A stretch of 64,000 bases of DNA from Octopus sinensis (Eukaryota). Shown here one piece after another: positions 47,236-59,115 of this stretch (positions within the stretch are counted from its first letter, which is position 1; each line of letters starts with the position of its first letter). The stretch is from positions 1 to 64,000 of the forward strand of contig NW_021832221.1 of the NCBI RefSeq assembly GCF_006345805.1. The letters are read 5' to 3'. Made by a program: the position numbers and the translations under genes. The notes under the pieces were generated by a model. That model did no database searches, was not told the DNA's origin, and saw only the letters and a list, made by a program, of their open reading frames with translations.

Positions 47236-48589
47236 CAGTGACTCCTCTGAAATTGGCCATTTTTGGTTCCACGTGTTTTTGTGGTCAATTCGAGAAATGG
47301 CCAATTTGAGAAATAAAATCAATCTTTTGTGTAAATTAAATTTTGAATAAGAACAACTTTTATCCAGAAAATTTTAAGTAATTAAGCATTATTAATGTTC
47401 TTAAAGTAGAATTGGATGTCCATCTGCTTTTTTTGAGTTTTAATGACATTTTCCTTATAGCGCCTTATGGATGTAATCAATTGAACTTCATGTTCGTTCT
47501 CAATGTTTTTTAGGAGGTCGTTTTCAATTTTAGTTAACTTAACCACAATGTCTTCTTTGTCAATTGAATCATTGGATTCTACTTCATTGGATTCTACTTC
47601 AGCTTCTACTTCTTCTTCATTTTTTATATTTTCAATATCCTCAACGTCTTGAAATGTATCATTTTCAGAATATTTAAAATTAAGAAATTCTTCGACTTCT
47701 AAGGGATCAAAAATGTCAGTTTTTTCTAATGCAATATCTTGAACTTCAACTACATGATTCTTTTTGAATGGGTTGCTTAAAATTCCGAAACAATTTGCAA
47801 TCGTTTTACTCTTCGAAGGAATCAGCTTGTAATACAATCCCGTTTCGTCCAAGTTATAAATTTGATCGGCATTATAACTCTGATATTTCTATAAATTTTT
47901 CGACAAATAAGTCGACATCTACTGGATCATTAGTTCTCATTTCTCCATGTAACTTGGTCATTCGAAAACCATGCCTCTTTTTGAATTTATGAAGGTATCC
48001 ATTTGAGTTTTTAAAATTATCCAGTTTTAATTCAGCTGCGAATAAATTAGCCTTATTTGAAATTAAAGCATCATTAAGAAAGCCACCTTAATCATAAATT
48101 AGTACAAATTACCTTTAGACTGAATCGAATCCATCCATTCAACTAACATAGCATCAAGCTGTGGGAACTTGAGTCTATGCGCATTTTTTGAAGATAGATT
48201 TTGTTTTTTACACTCTTTGAGAAAAAAATCTTTTTTCAAAATAATATTATTAATTGTTTTTCTGGAAATCTTCTTTTTAAACAAATGGGAAAATCTATCA
48301 GCCAAATACTGACATGAAACATCTTCATTTTGATTTTTATAAGTTAAAATCTGTATTTTTTGATAAAAAGTGAGACGAGTATAATTACCACGAGAATTGT
48401 TCAAGACATAAAATAACTGAAATTTTATTAATTTGCAAATTATATAAAATATATTTTAAAATTTATGGTCAATTTGAGAATTGGCCACTTTCAATTGAAA
48501 TTCGAATTTTTCTTAAGATAATTTTATAAGTGTGGTCAATTTCAGAAGGTGGCCAATTTCAGAGGTGGCCAATTTCAGAAGAGTCACTG
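47236..48589 (-). mobile_element. pogo element, 1.35 kb, internally deleted
   Basis: 24-bp TIR CAGTGACTC(C/T)TCTGAAATTGGCCA, TA TSD; HTH domains and DETGLYY, then a jump to the C-terminus; 26-nt intron 48087-48112. Confidence 0.9.
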
Positions 48590-48615
48590 TATATGACATT
48601 TAATTATATAATGAT

Positions 48616-48845
48616 CACCGCTGGAGTTGCAGGAAAGGAGACTGACTCGTTCCTCAAAGAGGTCGGGCAGTCCATCGGGAGAAGGCTCAAAGACTCGAGA
48701 GAGAGCCTCTGGTTCCGCCAGCGCATCGGCCTGGCCATGTTCGGGGCAACGCACACTGCGTCCTCGCCGCTGGAACTTAACTATTTTCGGTCTTATTTAG
48801 TTTAATTAAAATTCAAATAAAAATAGCAGAAAAAAAAAAAAAAAA
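48616..48845 (+). mobile_element. 5'-truncated CRE-like insertion with poly(A) tail and 14-bp TSD
   Basis: AGVAGKETDSFLKEVG..FRQRIGLAM..GNA; AATAAA followed by an A-run; TSD AATTATATAATGAT at 48602 and 48846. Confidence 0.85.
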
Positions 48846-48914
48846 AATTATATAATGATTAAATATGTGAATTATTTTTATTAAAAAAATAATAAAATTT
48901 AGATTCAAAATCTT

Positions 48915-50680
48915 ATGGTGTGTACTATCTATAATTCTTTATTATTTAAATCCTTAATAATATCTCATTATTTTTAGACCAGCACAATATATTACAGATT
49001 AAAGACAGCCTCAAATTACGAAACTGTCCAATTTGAGGGTGATAGAATCTCCTTGCTTGGTCTAAAAAGCATTCTTTCAAAAAGGAACAACCTCCTCTTA
49101 AAATCAGGACTTTTCGACTTGGTAGCACAAGACGAGAGAACATTAACCAGTAAACATAACTACAAGACTGTTAGAATATGAATGTGACAGTGACCTTATA
49201 TCCTCCGACTCCCGTCTCTCTATTTCCCGGGTACCGTCAACACGGAAGTTGCCGACTCTTTCGAGTGACCCTCCGAGAGTTTCCGTGGTTTGTTTTTGAA
49301 TGAATGTGTAGACAGCCGAGAATGTCCACAAGCCACCAGTAGAGCCAGTAAAGTCGAATTTAGCGGAGAATGTGAGTAAAATATATTTAAATAACCAGCC
49401 ACAGGCATTTCTGGACGAATGTGAGAAGATCAAGGCTCTGACGGAAGACCCCAAGTACGTGAATGTGCACGGGAAACCTCTCCCGACTGGGAAACTGCCT
49501 CCGAACTACATTTGTCATAGATGTGGAGAACCAGGCCATTGGATACAGAATTGTCCGACCATAAAAATAGTATTAGTTTGGCTAACGGAAGGGCCCCGAT
49601 GGACGTCCTCTCCGGTCTGAGAACCAATTACAGCCAGTAAAGCGCAGTTTTGGAATTCCCAACTCGTTTCTTCGGCCTGTGAGTGACCCCAATCAGCCGG
49701 GGGCAGTCCTGACGAGAGATGGACAGTATGCAGTACCTCTCATCGACGCGTACTTGGTGGTGTGTCATGTGCAGTGAGGCATATTCACGTGGAAAGAGGG
49801 AGAGACCCCCCTTTGTGGAGAACGAGTGCAAAGTGGAGACCAAAAAGGAACATATTCCGCCAGAGTTGTTATGTCCATTGTGTTCTAAGCTTATTGACGA
49901 CGCGGTCGTGCTGCCATGCTGTCACGAACCAGTGTGTGATAAATGTGCTTGTTTGTTTGAGAAGGATTAGGCATTACAGAGGCACTTCTTAGTAATGATG
50001 ACCATCGTTGTCCTCTCTGTAGTCAGATGGACGTGTCACCCTGTCAATTACTCGCCAATTTGTTTCTTAGAAAGAAGGTGGATGAGTACAGAAGTATGTC
50101 TGTCACTAAACGTTATCTTGATTCGATATCGTCTAATTTGCCTGTTGATGTGTAATGTATGTGTATGAAGGGTAGAGACAGACCTCGGTCATCTCCTGTC
50201 AGTAAAAATGATGAAAGGGGCAGGGGAGTCACTAAAGAGGCCGTGGACAGTTTTATACGGCAGGATCCATTGATGTCTCTCCCAGCAATGGCTAGTATGA
50301 TGTACTACCGGAGAATGATGATGCCGTACTTTCCCCCTTTTGGAATGCCTATTAGTATGGCCGTGTGTCAAATGTGTAGATAACAAGCCTCGTCAGTTGA
50401 CCAAGGAAGAGTTTTATGCACTCAAGGAGTCCTATCGACAACAAAACTCGAGTCCCAGTTCCACTCATTCGAAGAAAAAGAGATCGCCCAGACGACATGA
50501 GTCGAGGTTGGTGGGACATGGCATTGTAGGAGGCGTGATAAAAGTAGAAACCAGTTGGATGATGTACGCAAGTCGGACTACAAATCGCCCAATTCGGTCT
50601 CCACTAATGATTCTCGGGCGAGGAAGAGTAGACATCATTCTCGGTCACATCGCAGAAGACGACGTTCTGTTTCTGATTAA
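48915..50680 (+). CDS. RBBP6: RBBP6/Mpe1 (DWNN, zinc knuckle, RING, RS-rich tail)
   Basis: MTSTIYYRLKTASNYETVQFEG (DWNN); YICHRCGEPGHWIQNCP; IPPELLCPLCSKLIDDAVVLPCC..CDKCI; Arg/Ser C-terminus. Confidence 0.93.
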
Positions 50681-50729
50681 TAAATAAAATTTTGTTTTTA
50701 TTTCTTAATTGAATAGTCTAATTTAATCA

Positions 50730-51150
50730 ATTTTACCTATACGGACCGTGCAAATGGTACATGTAAAATTTCAAAATTTTTTTTTATTATAAAAATGTTT
50801 TTTTTATAAAATTTCAAAATTGATTGTTGACGGCTTCTGACAATTGAAAAGAAATGTGACGTCAGATCTTTAGGCAATCGAAGACCGATCCCTCCAAACC
50901 TGACGGGAAGTTTTGCTTGCGACCAACCGATTTCGTCAAAGGAAATGTTTAAAACTGCTTCCGTACAGGATTTAATGATTTTTTCATGGAAGACAAAATG
51001 TCTGGATGCGAGTAGCATGGCAGGCAGCGGAGCGTGTACAGAGGTTTTGGCATATGCATACAGCTTTTTATGAGGAAAAAAGCGATGTGCGAGTCTAGCT
51101 CCAAGAGTCTGCTTGTGAGGTTACAGACTTCCATAGCCTTCTTCGCCAGA
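50730..51150 (-). mobile_element. CRE-like fragment (region downstream of RT)
   Basis: LDSHIAFFLIKSC..PK.LYTLRC; WSQAKLPVRFGGIGLR. Confidence 0.8.
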
Positions 51151-51661
51151 TGGGCTTAGATGGCACCCATTTTCTCTTTCATCTCATTCTTTCTTTTCTA
51201 TTTCATTTTTTTTCCTATCTCTTTTCTCATTATCCCATAAATCAGTTTTTTCCTATACGCAATTTCCTTCTCGATTTGTGAAGCCTGCAGCCTCTCTTGC
51301 CCTGGGAAATTTGATTGATACTAAATTTAAAACTTAGTTTTTAAGGAAATAGGACGTAAAATAAAGACTTTAAAAAACTTGCAACGTCATCCTAAAATTG
51401 CCTAAATTTCTTCAGACTGAAAATCTCTATGAAAGTTGGAAGGAATTAATTTCGTGCATTATCTGATTACAGTGCAACCCCTTATTGGGGCGACCCCGGA
51501 CGTGGGGCACCCTCGGATTTTGGGGCACCCTCGGGTTTTGGGGCAATTTGAATTTCTATTAGGAGTTTTTCTGTTTATTCTTTATAAGATAAACCCCGTT
51601 ATGGGGCATTTAATATTTTATATATTTTTTAGTTAGAAATTTTGCATTTTATTTTATAATA

Positions 51662-52633
51662 TGTCACATGCCCTGTTCGTTACCATGCCCCGCTCGTTAC
51701 CATTGCTCTAAATTTTTAAAATTTCAATTTAAAATATTTAAATGATTGAAATATATTTACTTATTAATTTAAAAATTAATAATATTATGGATTTTTATTT
51801 TTTCAATGCTTAACCATTATCATTAAAAAACAATAAATTAAGCATGCTGTTTTATCTCATGGTTACGGTTAGGGTATAGGTTAGGGTTAGGGTATAGGTT
51901 AGGGTTAGGGTATAGGTTAGGGTTAGGGTGAAGGTTAGGGTTGGGTGAAGGTTAGGGTTTGGGTGAAGGTTAGGGTGAAGGTTAGGGTTTGGGTGAAGGT
52001 TAGGGTGAAGGTTTGGGTGAAGGTTAGGGTTGGGTGAAGGTTAGGGTTTGGGTGAAGGTTAGGGTTTGGGTGAAGGTTAGGGAATTGGTTGGGTTTAGGG
52101 TTTGAAAAAATTTAAAGTAGAATTTTCGAATGGAGATACAAAGATTGTTCACATGAAAAGAATCAAAAAAGGACAAATTTAATTTTTCGTTTTAAACTTC
52201 AGATCTATATATGATTTTAAACTAAAAAACTGGATAAAGTTTGAGTTTTTTATAAGAGATCTACAGATGATTTTAACCTTTATCTTTTTACATTTCAAAA
52301 AATGTTTTAAATAAAACTAAAAACTGGTTAGAGTTAATTATAAAACTATCAAATTATGTGCCTTTAAGCGTTTCACACAATTCACATTTTTAAAATATGT
52401 TTTAATGTGCTTATCAGTCAAAATGGTTTGTTGTATAAAAATATTATTTTAATTTATTTGTTTTAAAGCATCTTTTAGTATATCATTAAATTGTACTCTA
52501 ATTAACCTAATATATAGTTGAATTTTATGTCGTTGTGATTGATTATTAATTTTTCTAAAAAATTGAAAAATCATTAATCAATTATTTCTCAGAAATAATT
52601 CGGAGGTAACGAGTGGGGCATAGGCATGTGACA
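51662..52633. mobile_element. Non-coding TGT...ACA TIR element (Ginger/TDD-like MITE, 972 bp) carrying a TTAGGG array
   Basis: TIRs start TGTCACATGCC and share ATGCCCC(G/A)CTCGTTACC; perfect 5-bp TSD TAATA. Confidence 0.85.
51861..52103 (+). repeat. Telomere-like array (TTAGGG with GGTATA and GGTGAA variants)
   Basis: (GGTTAGGGTTAGGGTATA)x~3 followed by GGTTAGGG(T/TT)GGGTGAA units. Confidence 0.95.
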
Positions 52634-53319
52634 TAATAACTAATAATAACGTGTTTCTGTTGTTTTGATGGATGTAATTTTGATGGATGTGAAGGTTCTG
52701 AGGGCTTCAGAGAACCCGATAATAGTGATAAACATTCATTTCCCGACAAGGTCGTTTTGGATCGATTAATTTGACAATGGATCGATTAATTCAAAAGTAC
52801 CAATTCTGAGCGAAAATAACGGATCATTTCCCGACAAGTAAAGACTAAAATTGTTAAATGAAATTAAGAATAAACATCTTTTGGTTTTAAATTAACAAAA
52901 CGTTAGTTTTTTTCGTTAATATTAGAAAACCTTTCTATCTGGGGAAACCCAAAAAGAGGTTAGACTGTATTAACTTAATTATTGTCAAAATTGAGATTAA
53001 ATTAGTTCACTGAGAAACACAAGCAATACAATCAAAAACTAAAATCAGAATCTTACCCAATAGTTTTTCTAAATTAATCATTTCGAGTTTTTCTCTATGA
53101 AATGTAATTCCCCAATTTCAATATAAATAAAACTATAACAAAACCGAATAATCCAGTTGATTCCTGGATTTGTACTGTCGAGTAATAATTGTCTAGGAAA
53201 CGGCTTAGTAAATGTGGATTTTTTGTTGTTCTTTTCGAGTCTTTAAAAGAAAAAGGATTTTATTTTGAGGAGGATTCTAAAACTAGGAAATAAAGATTAT
53301 ATTTATATAAATATCAATT

Positions 53320-53760
53320 AAAAAGACGGTTATGTCAGTGATATACAAAAATACTTCTCCAGCTGTGGAGAGATTTTTTAATTGTCTAATGATTACAAAT
53401 GTGAAGCTTATTGAGTCTTCCCGGTGGCTTATACATGTGAATAATTCTCAAAGTGAAAGAATGCTACGTTTGTTCGAGATCGGAACTTATTCCTTGACAA
53501 TCCGAATCAAAGTGCACTCATTCCAACATTGTAAAAAACGTTGATCATTTGGCTACAAAATGTGATCGGATGCTCATCATTAGAATTCTACAGAAGACCC
53601 GTTATAATAAAAAAAACCCCAGAAAGTATTCGAGTTGAGTGCAGCTATGAGTGGATTGATGGAGATGACTGTCAGCAGATTGAGGTCAATGATTTTACAA
53701 AAAACGCAAAAAACGACGCTTTAACGAATGACATGACGAGGACAATAAAGGGAAGTTAAA
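53320..53760 (+). pseudogene. Possible decayed RRM/zinc-knuckle ORF1-like sequence
   Basis: DIQKYFSSCGEI and QHCK..DHLATKC across a frameshift. Confidence 0.3.
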
Positions 53761-53914
53761 AAGTGAACAGAAAGTCTTTCAACTCCAAAAATCTAAGGAT
53801 GAAGAAGTGTTTGCAGGTATAATAGAGAATAGTTCATAAATTTTAAAGTTGAGAATTCCATCTTTTATTAATTTGATATTTTTTGTAAAATACTTTAATC
53901 TATTTGGATTAAAT

Positions 53915-54680
53915 TAAGTTAGGAATGAACAAAAAGGAATCTTCGAGGGGCTAAATCACGCGCCCTCCTACAGTAAGTACCCCATGCGTATTTCCACGAA
54001 GAATGGCGATGGGTATCCTCTGCAATAGCCACGAAACCTCGCGTGGCTCTTTCATCCTTTGGGCCAATAAAGGCCGAGGTTAGAAGTTCGGCGACGCCCA
54101 ATGTCTCCAGTGCGATTGGTGCAAATATAAAGCGGCGTCCGAGTTCTTGGTATTTTTTTATTTTGGCCGTCTCAGCCTTTTCCGCAGCGGACCCGAGGGA
54201 TGTGGCAGATGACATGATTGCTGATTTAGAGAAAGAATCGATGCACGTAGCATCCCAGATGAGGCACTTGCCGTCCCGAAAGGGAAAGATTGTCATTCCC
54301 TCCGGGCGTTTGCTGTCTCCACGGTCCAATCCGACTGGCTCAAGTGTTGACGGAAAGCCCGCAGCTTTGAGGGCTCCTGCACGACATCATTTAGCGAGGC
54401 GTGGCGGGGACTTCGACCGGAGCTCCTGCGACACGAAAGAGGGTGGAGCCCTTTAACGTCGACTTCGGCTCCACATCGGCATTGGTGGATGCTGCATATG
54501 TCGAGACCAAGCCGAAGGAAAATCCCAATCCTCAAACAGTCGTCATCCAAAAAAGTTCCGGTTGATGTAGATGGGTAGTCGCAGAGCCATGCGCCGCTAT
54601 GAGGGTGTGCGCCCGAGAGCAGGCACGCTAGCCGGTGTTGGTCTAGCTGTGGTTTCAACTTCTTAAACAAGTCGGCCTAG
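53915..54680 (-). mobile_element. CRE-like 3' fragment (CCHC finger plus RLE endonuclease)
   Basis: HSGAWL..LRLGLDIC..CRCG..HPLSC; RHASLNDVV; KRPEGMTIFPFRDGKCLIWDATC; KIKKY; PIALETLG. Confidence 0.88.
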
Positions 54681-55439
54681 AGGTCAAAAAATTATTATGT
54701 TCGGTGATAGTGCGGGTGCGAATTTGGTGTTGACAGTTCCGGATAAAACTATAATGGAATGTCTACGTAAGTCAGATGTGTTTTTTTGGGCATATCTTTA
54801 CTTTTCACTGTCATTGAATTCAACTCATTCTCGTTTTCTCTCAGTTGTTGATTTTGTTGTCGCATTTCCGTCAAGTTTTGCTGCTATTTCTGGTTCTTTT
54901 TGTCGAAAATTTGGCAGCCTATTTGAAGGTTGATATTCGTTCCGAAAACAAGCGAGTTTATCAATTTTGTGGATTTGATTAGAAAACTATCAATTCCATG
55001 TTGTCCAAATACAATCAGGGGTATTGAATAGGCGACGTTGCATCCAAAATTCTGAACGAGAACATTAGAAATGACATTTGGGTCTCTCCAGCTCTGAAGT
55101 TTCATTTTTATTACGTGATTAAGGGATAAAGATGATTCATGGAAAACCAAGACACCCTCAATCACGAGGGCAGGTAGAACGATATAATCAAACGCTAAAG
55201 CGTTGGTTAGCAAAAACCATATTTCAGTCAGAATAATTGGATTGATATTTTGAAAAAATACTGAATACTGTCTATAAATACAACACGACTATTCATCGTG
55301 CTACCAGAGGTCACCTTTTATAAATAACTCAAACTCTATCCAGTTTTTATTTTAAAATCATCTATAGATCTCGAGTTTAAAACGTAAAATAAAATTTTAA
55401 ATTAATTATTTCAAAATTAAAATCAAAATCTTATTGTTT

Positions 55440-57103
55440 TTCATCACATTTTTCATCTTCATCGAGATTCTCTGCATCCATGACATCCGGAATTGCAGTA
55501 TTAAACCCGTTAATTCATCTGTATTTCATAAAAAGGACTTCCCTAAGAATAAAAAATAAAATAGATACCAGTTGATGAATATACAGTACTGTTATAAAAA
55601 TAGACAGCTTCACTTATGTGATTTGTCCAATTTTTATCCCCTTCATCATTTTCGATAAAGAGCTTGTTAAGGTTTGATTAAACCTTCCCACAATTCCTTA
55701 GCTTCTGGGTTTATATGGTCTGCTGTGGAGTTGTTTAATCTTGAATCTTTTGCATAAATATGTGAATTTTTAAATTCAGTCCCATTGTCAGACTGCAAAA
55801 TATGACAATTACCAAATTGTAAAAAAATTTGAAGATTATTCGACACTTCATGTCCACTTTTTCAAAAAAACGTCGATGACAACCAATATCCATGAAAACG
55901 AATCATTTAAGTGTTTAAACCTACAATAAACATATGAATTATATTTTAAAGTCAATTAAATCCACCTGAAATCTTTCATTAGGAATACATGCAGTTATAT
56001 GGTTTTCCTTGTCATATACCTTCAGAGGAGTTGAAAACAAACAAATTTGACATTCCGATACGACTTTTCTAACAACATTTCTTTTAATTGTAAAGATATT
56101 GTCATGGCAGTGCTATTCTAAATCATTCTGCCCTCAGTAAGTGATATTGTAAATATTCTTGCAATGGAAAGCCATTTCCTCTTCATTATCCGAAGTAATT
56201 ACAAGCTTCGGAGTTTTATCTTTGCTTGAAAGATACAGCTTTCCAGAAATCATACAAAAATTTCCAGCTGTTTTGCTGAGTCGATGTCTCTGTTGTTTTG
56301 ATTTAAGAGCAATAGGTACAACATTCAAAATGTCCACAATACAATTATATTCATCAATATTCTTAACGAACAAACGAGACATTAAATATCATGCTTAATT
56401 TATTGTTTTTTAATGAAATGGTTAACCATTGAAAAAATTTTGAATTAATAAGTAAATATATTTCAGTCATCTAAATGTTTTTAATTAAAATTTTAAAAAT
56501 TTAATGCTATGATATCACGTCAGGCTCTGTACGTCACTTCGTCTGAGGATGTATGAAGCCTTTGTCAAACCAATCCTGACATATAATTCGGCGACCGGGG
56601 AATGTCTAGTACTGAACAACGTGGACTCGATTCTTTTCACCGCAGGCAACTTAGATCCCTACTGGGATTGAACTGGCCTATAAGAATCAACCAGGAATCG
56701 CTATACAATAGATGCAGAACTGGCCCTCTGAGTGTGGAAATCGTCAATATGCGGTGGAGGTTATTTGGCCATATTCTACGAATGGACATGCTTGCCCCAG
56801 CTAACATAGCAATGGAGGGCTACTTCCTGAAAGAGGGATCGAGCTTCCGTGGACGTCCACGTGTTACGCTGCCGGAAACACTTGACGGAGACCTGAATGT
56901 GTGAAGAAAAGGCTAAGGAGTGGTGAGGATCTGGACGAGCTGAGGAAACTCGCTCACGACAGAGGAGGTTGGAGGAGGCTGGTTCAAAGGATTGTTTTTA
57001 ATGCTGCACGAGTAAAATTATAACTAATATGATTCTACGTATGTTGCAAATATATAATAATCACGTCAGGCATGGCTACGCACGTCAGGCGGGGCATGTG
57101 ATA
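55440..57103 (-). mobile_element. Second, decayed Ginger-like integrase element (one TIR visible)
   Basis: MSRLFVKN..GKLYL; CHD..VVSECQIC; PNERFQVDLID; LQSDNGTEF. End ...GGGGCATGTGATA followed by TAATA. Confidence 0.75.
56526..57059 (+). mobile_element. 5'-truncated RTE-like LINE with a 12-bp TSD
   Basis: FVKPILTYNSAT; RWRLFGHILRM; RGRPR; TSD ATCACGTCAGGC at 56514 and 57060. Confidence 0.85.
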
Positions 57104-57129
57104 TAATATTTGCTGTAACAATTAATATA

Positions 57130-58085
57130 CAGTCAACCCTCTCTATAGTGAACAGGCCATATTAATGCAATCTACAATAACAAATATTAGTAATTCTCAT
57201 TAATATATTTATTATAAAATGAATACCACGTTTAAAAATGTATAATATCATTTATTTAAATATTTTTGTGTTCACTATTAAAGAATAATGAACGTCAAAT
57301 TTTTGTGAACATAAAAATATTAAATTTAATATTTTTACATATATATTTAAAATTCTTTAAAATGAATAAACTACACGTTCTACAGTTGTTAGCATGGTGG
57401 AAAATCGAAAACGCCTGTCATTTTTTCAAAAGAAGGAAATAATCGAATTTTATCATAAAAATAGACATTACACACAGCCTTTATTTCAATGTTTCTCTGG
57501 GCTGCTTTAACAAAATTTTGAAAAATTCTGAAGGAATACTTAATGTTCAAGATGACCAAAAAAAGAAGAAAATTTACTTGCCCAAGTCTCAACCATTCGA
57601 CAGAGATCTATTTGAATGGTTCGTTAAAAAACGATCATTTGGATTTACAATCAATGAATATCTTTTGAAGTCCATGTCTCTAAAATGGCGAAAGTTTGTA
57701 ATATTCAAGGATTTCAAGCATCAAATGGATGGCTTGAGAAATTTAAAAATCGATATTACATTGCTTCCCGTGCTTTATGTGGGGAAAATCAATTTGTTAA
57801 AACCTCTGTGATTGAAAATTTTACAGAAAGCCTCAATAGAAAATTAGAACAATATGTTCAAAAAATATTTTTAATTTGGACGAAACTGGATTGTTTTTTA
57901 AACTTTTGTCGAACAGAACATCATTCTCAAAAAACACCGATTACATGATTAAAATCTCTAAATAATCTTTGTAATTATACTTTAATATTGTTTATTGTTA
58001 TTTTGATTCCTTTTGTTCACTATAGACAATAGTGAACATGATGTTTTGACGTGGACATTTTGTTCATTATAGAGAGGGTTGACTG
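57130..58085 (+). mobile_element. Non-autonomous pogo element, 956 bp
   Basis: 25-bp TIR CAGTCAACCCTCTCTATA(G/A)TGAACA, TA TSD; HTH/ASNGWLEKF and DETG fragments. Confidence 0.9.
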
Positions 58086-58255
58086 TATATATTTTATTTA
58101 ATGAATTTCAACAAAAGAAGTTATAGTTTGACAGATCATCGTAATATTGAGGAAAGAGGCGTTCTTCATAACTCTACTGCGGAAAGTTGTTTTGATTTTC
58201 CGAGTGTGGGGCCTCATATTCTCAAAAATAAGATTGCATGAGGTCGATCGGCAAA

Positions 58256-58300
58256 GTGGCCGATATGCCGATTATCGGCCGATCAATCGGTGCACCTCTA
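58256..58300. mobile_element. Solitary hAT-like terminus
   Basis: GCCGATATGCCGATTATCGGCCGATCAATCGGTGCACCTCTA, i.e. reverse complement TAGAGGTGCACCGAT with subterminal CCGAT repeats. Confidence 0.5.
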
Positions 58301-58670
58301 GTATCTACAACAAGTGTATGTGCTCCTGTATCAGCGGGGATGTGGTAGATGCCCGGTGGAGGCTATTCGGGCATGTACTAAGAATGAACCCGGACGCACC
58401 CGCTAACAAAGCGATGGAAGACTACTTCGACAGATGCGACATACCCTTCCGCGGACGACCTAGATCGACACTTCCAACTGCCTTAAACAAAGACCTAAAT
58501 CGAGTGAGGAAAAACCTAAAGACGGGGGACGACCTGGACGAATTGAGATCACTCGCATACGACAGAGGAAAATGGAAAAAACTAACCTTAAATATCGTTA
58601 CATTGAGTGTTGCACATGCGGGGCTATAAACATTATGGCTTTCGTGAAAGTGCTATAATAATAATAATAA
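58301..58670 (+). mobile_element. RTE-like LINE 3' fragment ending in a (TAA)n tail
   Basis: RWRLFGHVLRM..PANKAM..RGRPR..LAYDRGKW; tail ATAATAATAATAATAA. Confidence 0.85.
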
Positions 58671-59115
58671 GGGAGCATGGTGTGACTGCGGAAGGACGTG
58701 GGATTGAGGCCAGTCGAGCACACTCGCTGTTGTTTGTTGCCTGCAAGTGGAGAGGACTGAGAGAATGGAGACGTACTGCTTCAAATTTTCAAAAGTGGGG
58801 AGTAAAGAAAGGTGAATCCGAGTGGGAAAGTGGTGAAGGTGGGGATCGAGAAGGAGGGGTTCTACGCATACAGGATAGAAAAAGTGAGTGAGAAGTAGAA
58901 AATATACTTCATCGACACATGGATAATTCTAGACGTGTCGTGGGGGACGCGAAGGTGAACAAGGCCTTGCCTGTTTGGTCACTCCAAGAGTAACTTTCTG
59001 ACTGTCTACAAAACGTGTGTAAAGCCAAATTAATATAAATATCTATTTTATTTAATTAAAACAAATTAATATAAATCAATATTTGAATTAATCGTTCTTG
59101 TTCGTCATTGTGAAA

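Larger units (their letters stand above)
51470..52967. mobile_element. Possible old pogo-type MITE hosting the telomere-repeat element
   Basis: TA-flanked ends CAGTGCAACCCCTTATTGGGG and (reverse complement) CAGTCTAACCTCTTTTTGGGT match 16/21. Confidence 0.4.

Noticed and set aside
51861-52103. True chromosome end or fusion scar
   Set aside because: Short, degenerate and enclosed by TIRs with a TSD; the same applies to 21542-21690 and its artefactual ORF 21441-21674.
50730-54680. The two minus-strand CRE fragments as one interrupted element
   Set aside because: Domain order is reversed (the endonuclease piece lies upstream of the post-RT piece), so they are separate insertions.
54697-55310. 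Minus-strand ORF 54884-55213 that continues after a single TAG; possible stop-codon reassignment
   Set aside because: All confident genes use standard stops, so an isolated stop in TE-rich DNA is better explained by decay. The adjacent plus-strand integrase-like scrap (55190-55310) is too short to call.
58670-59030. Missing PHD/CXXC exons of CFP1, or a separate gene
   Set aside because: No suitable Cys/His pattern on the plus strand and no start-bearing spliced ORF on either strand.
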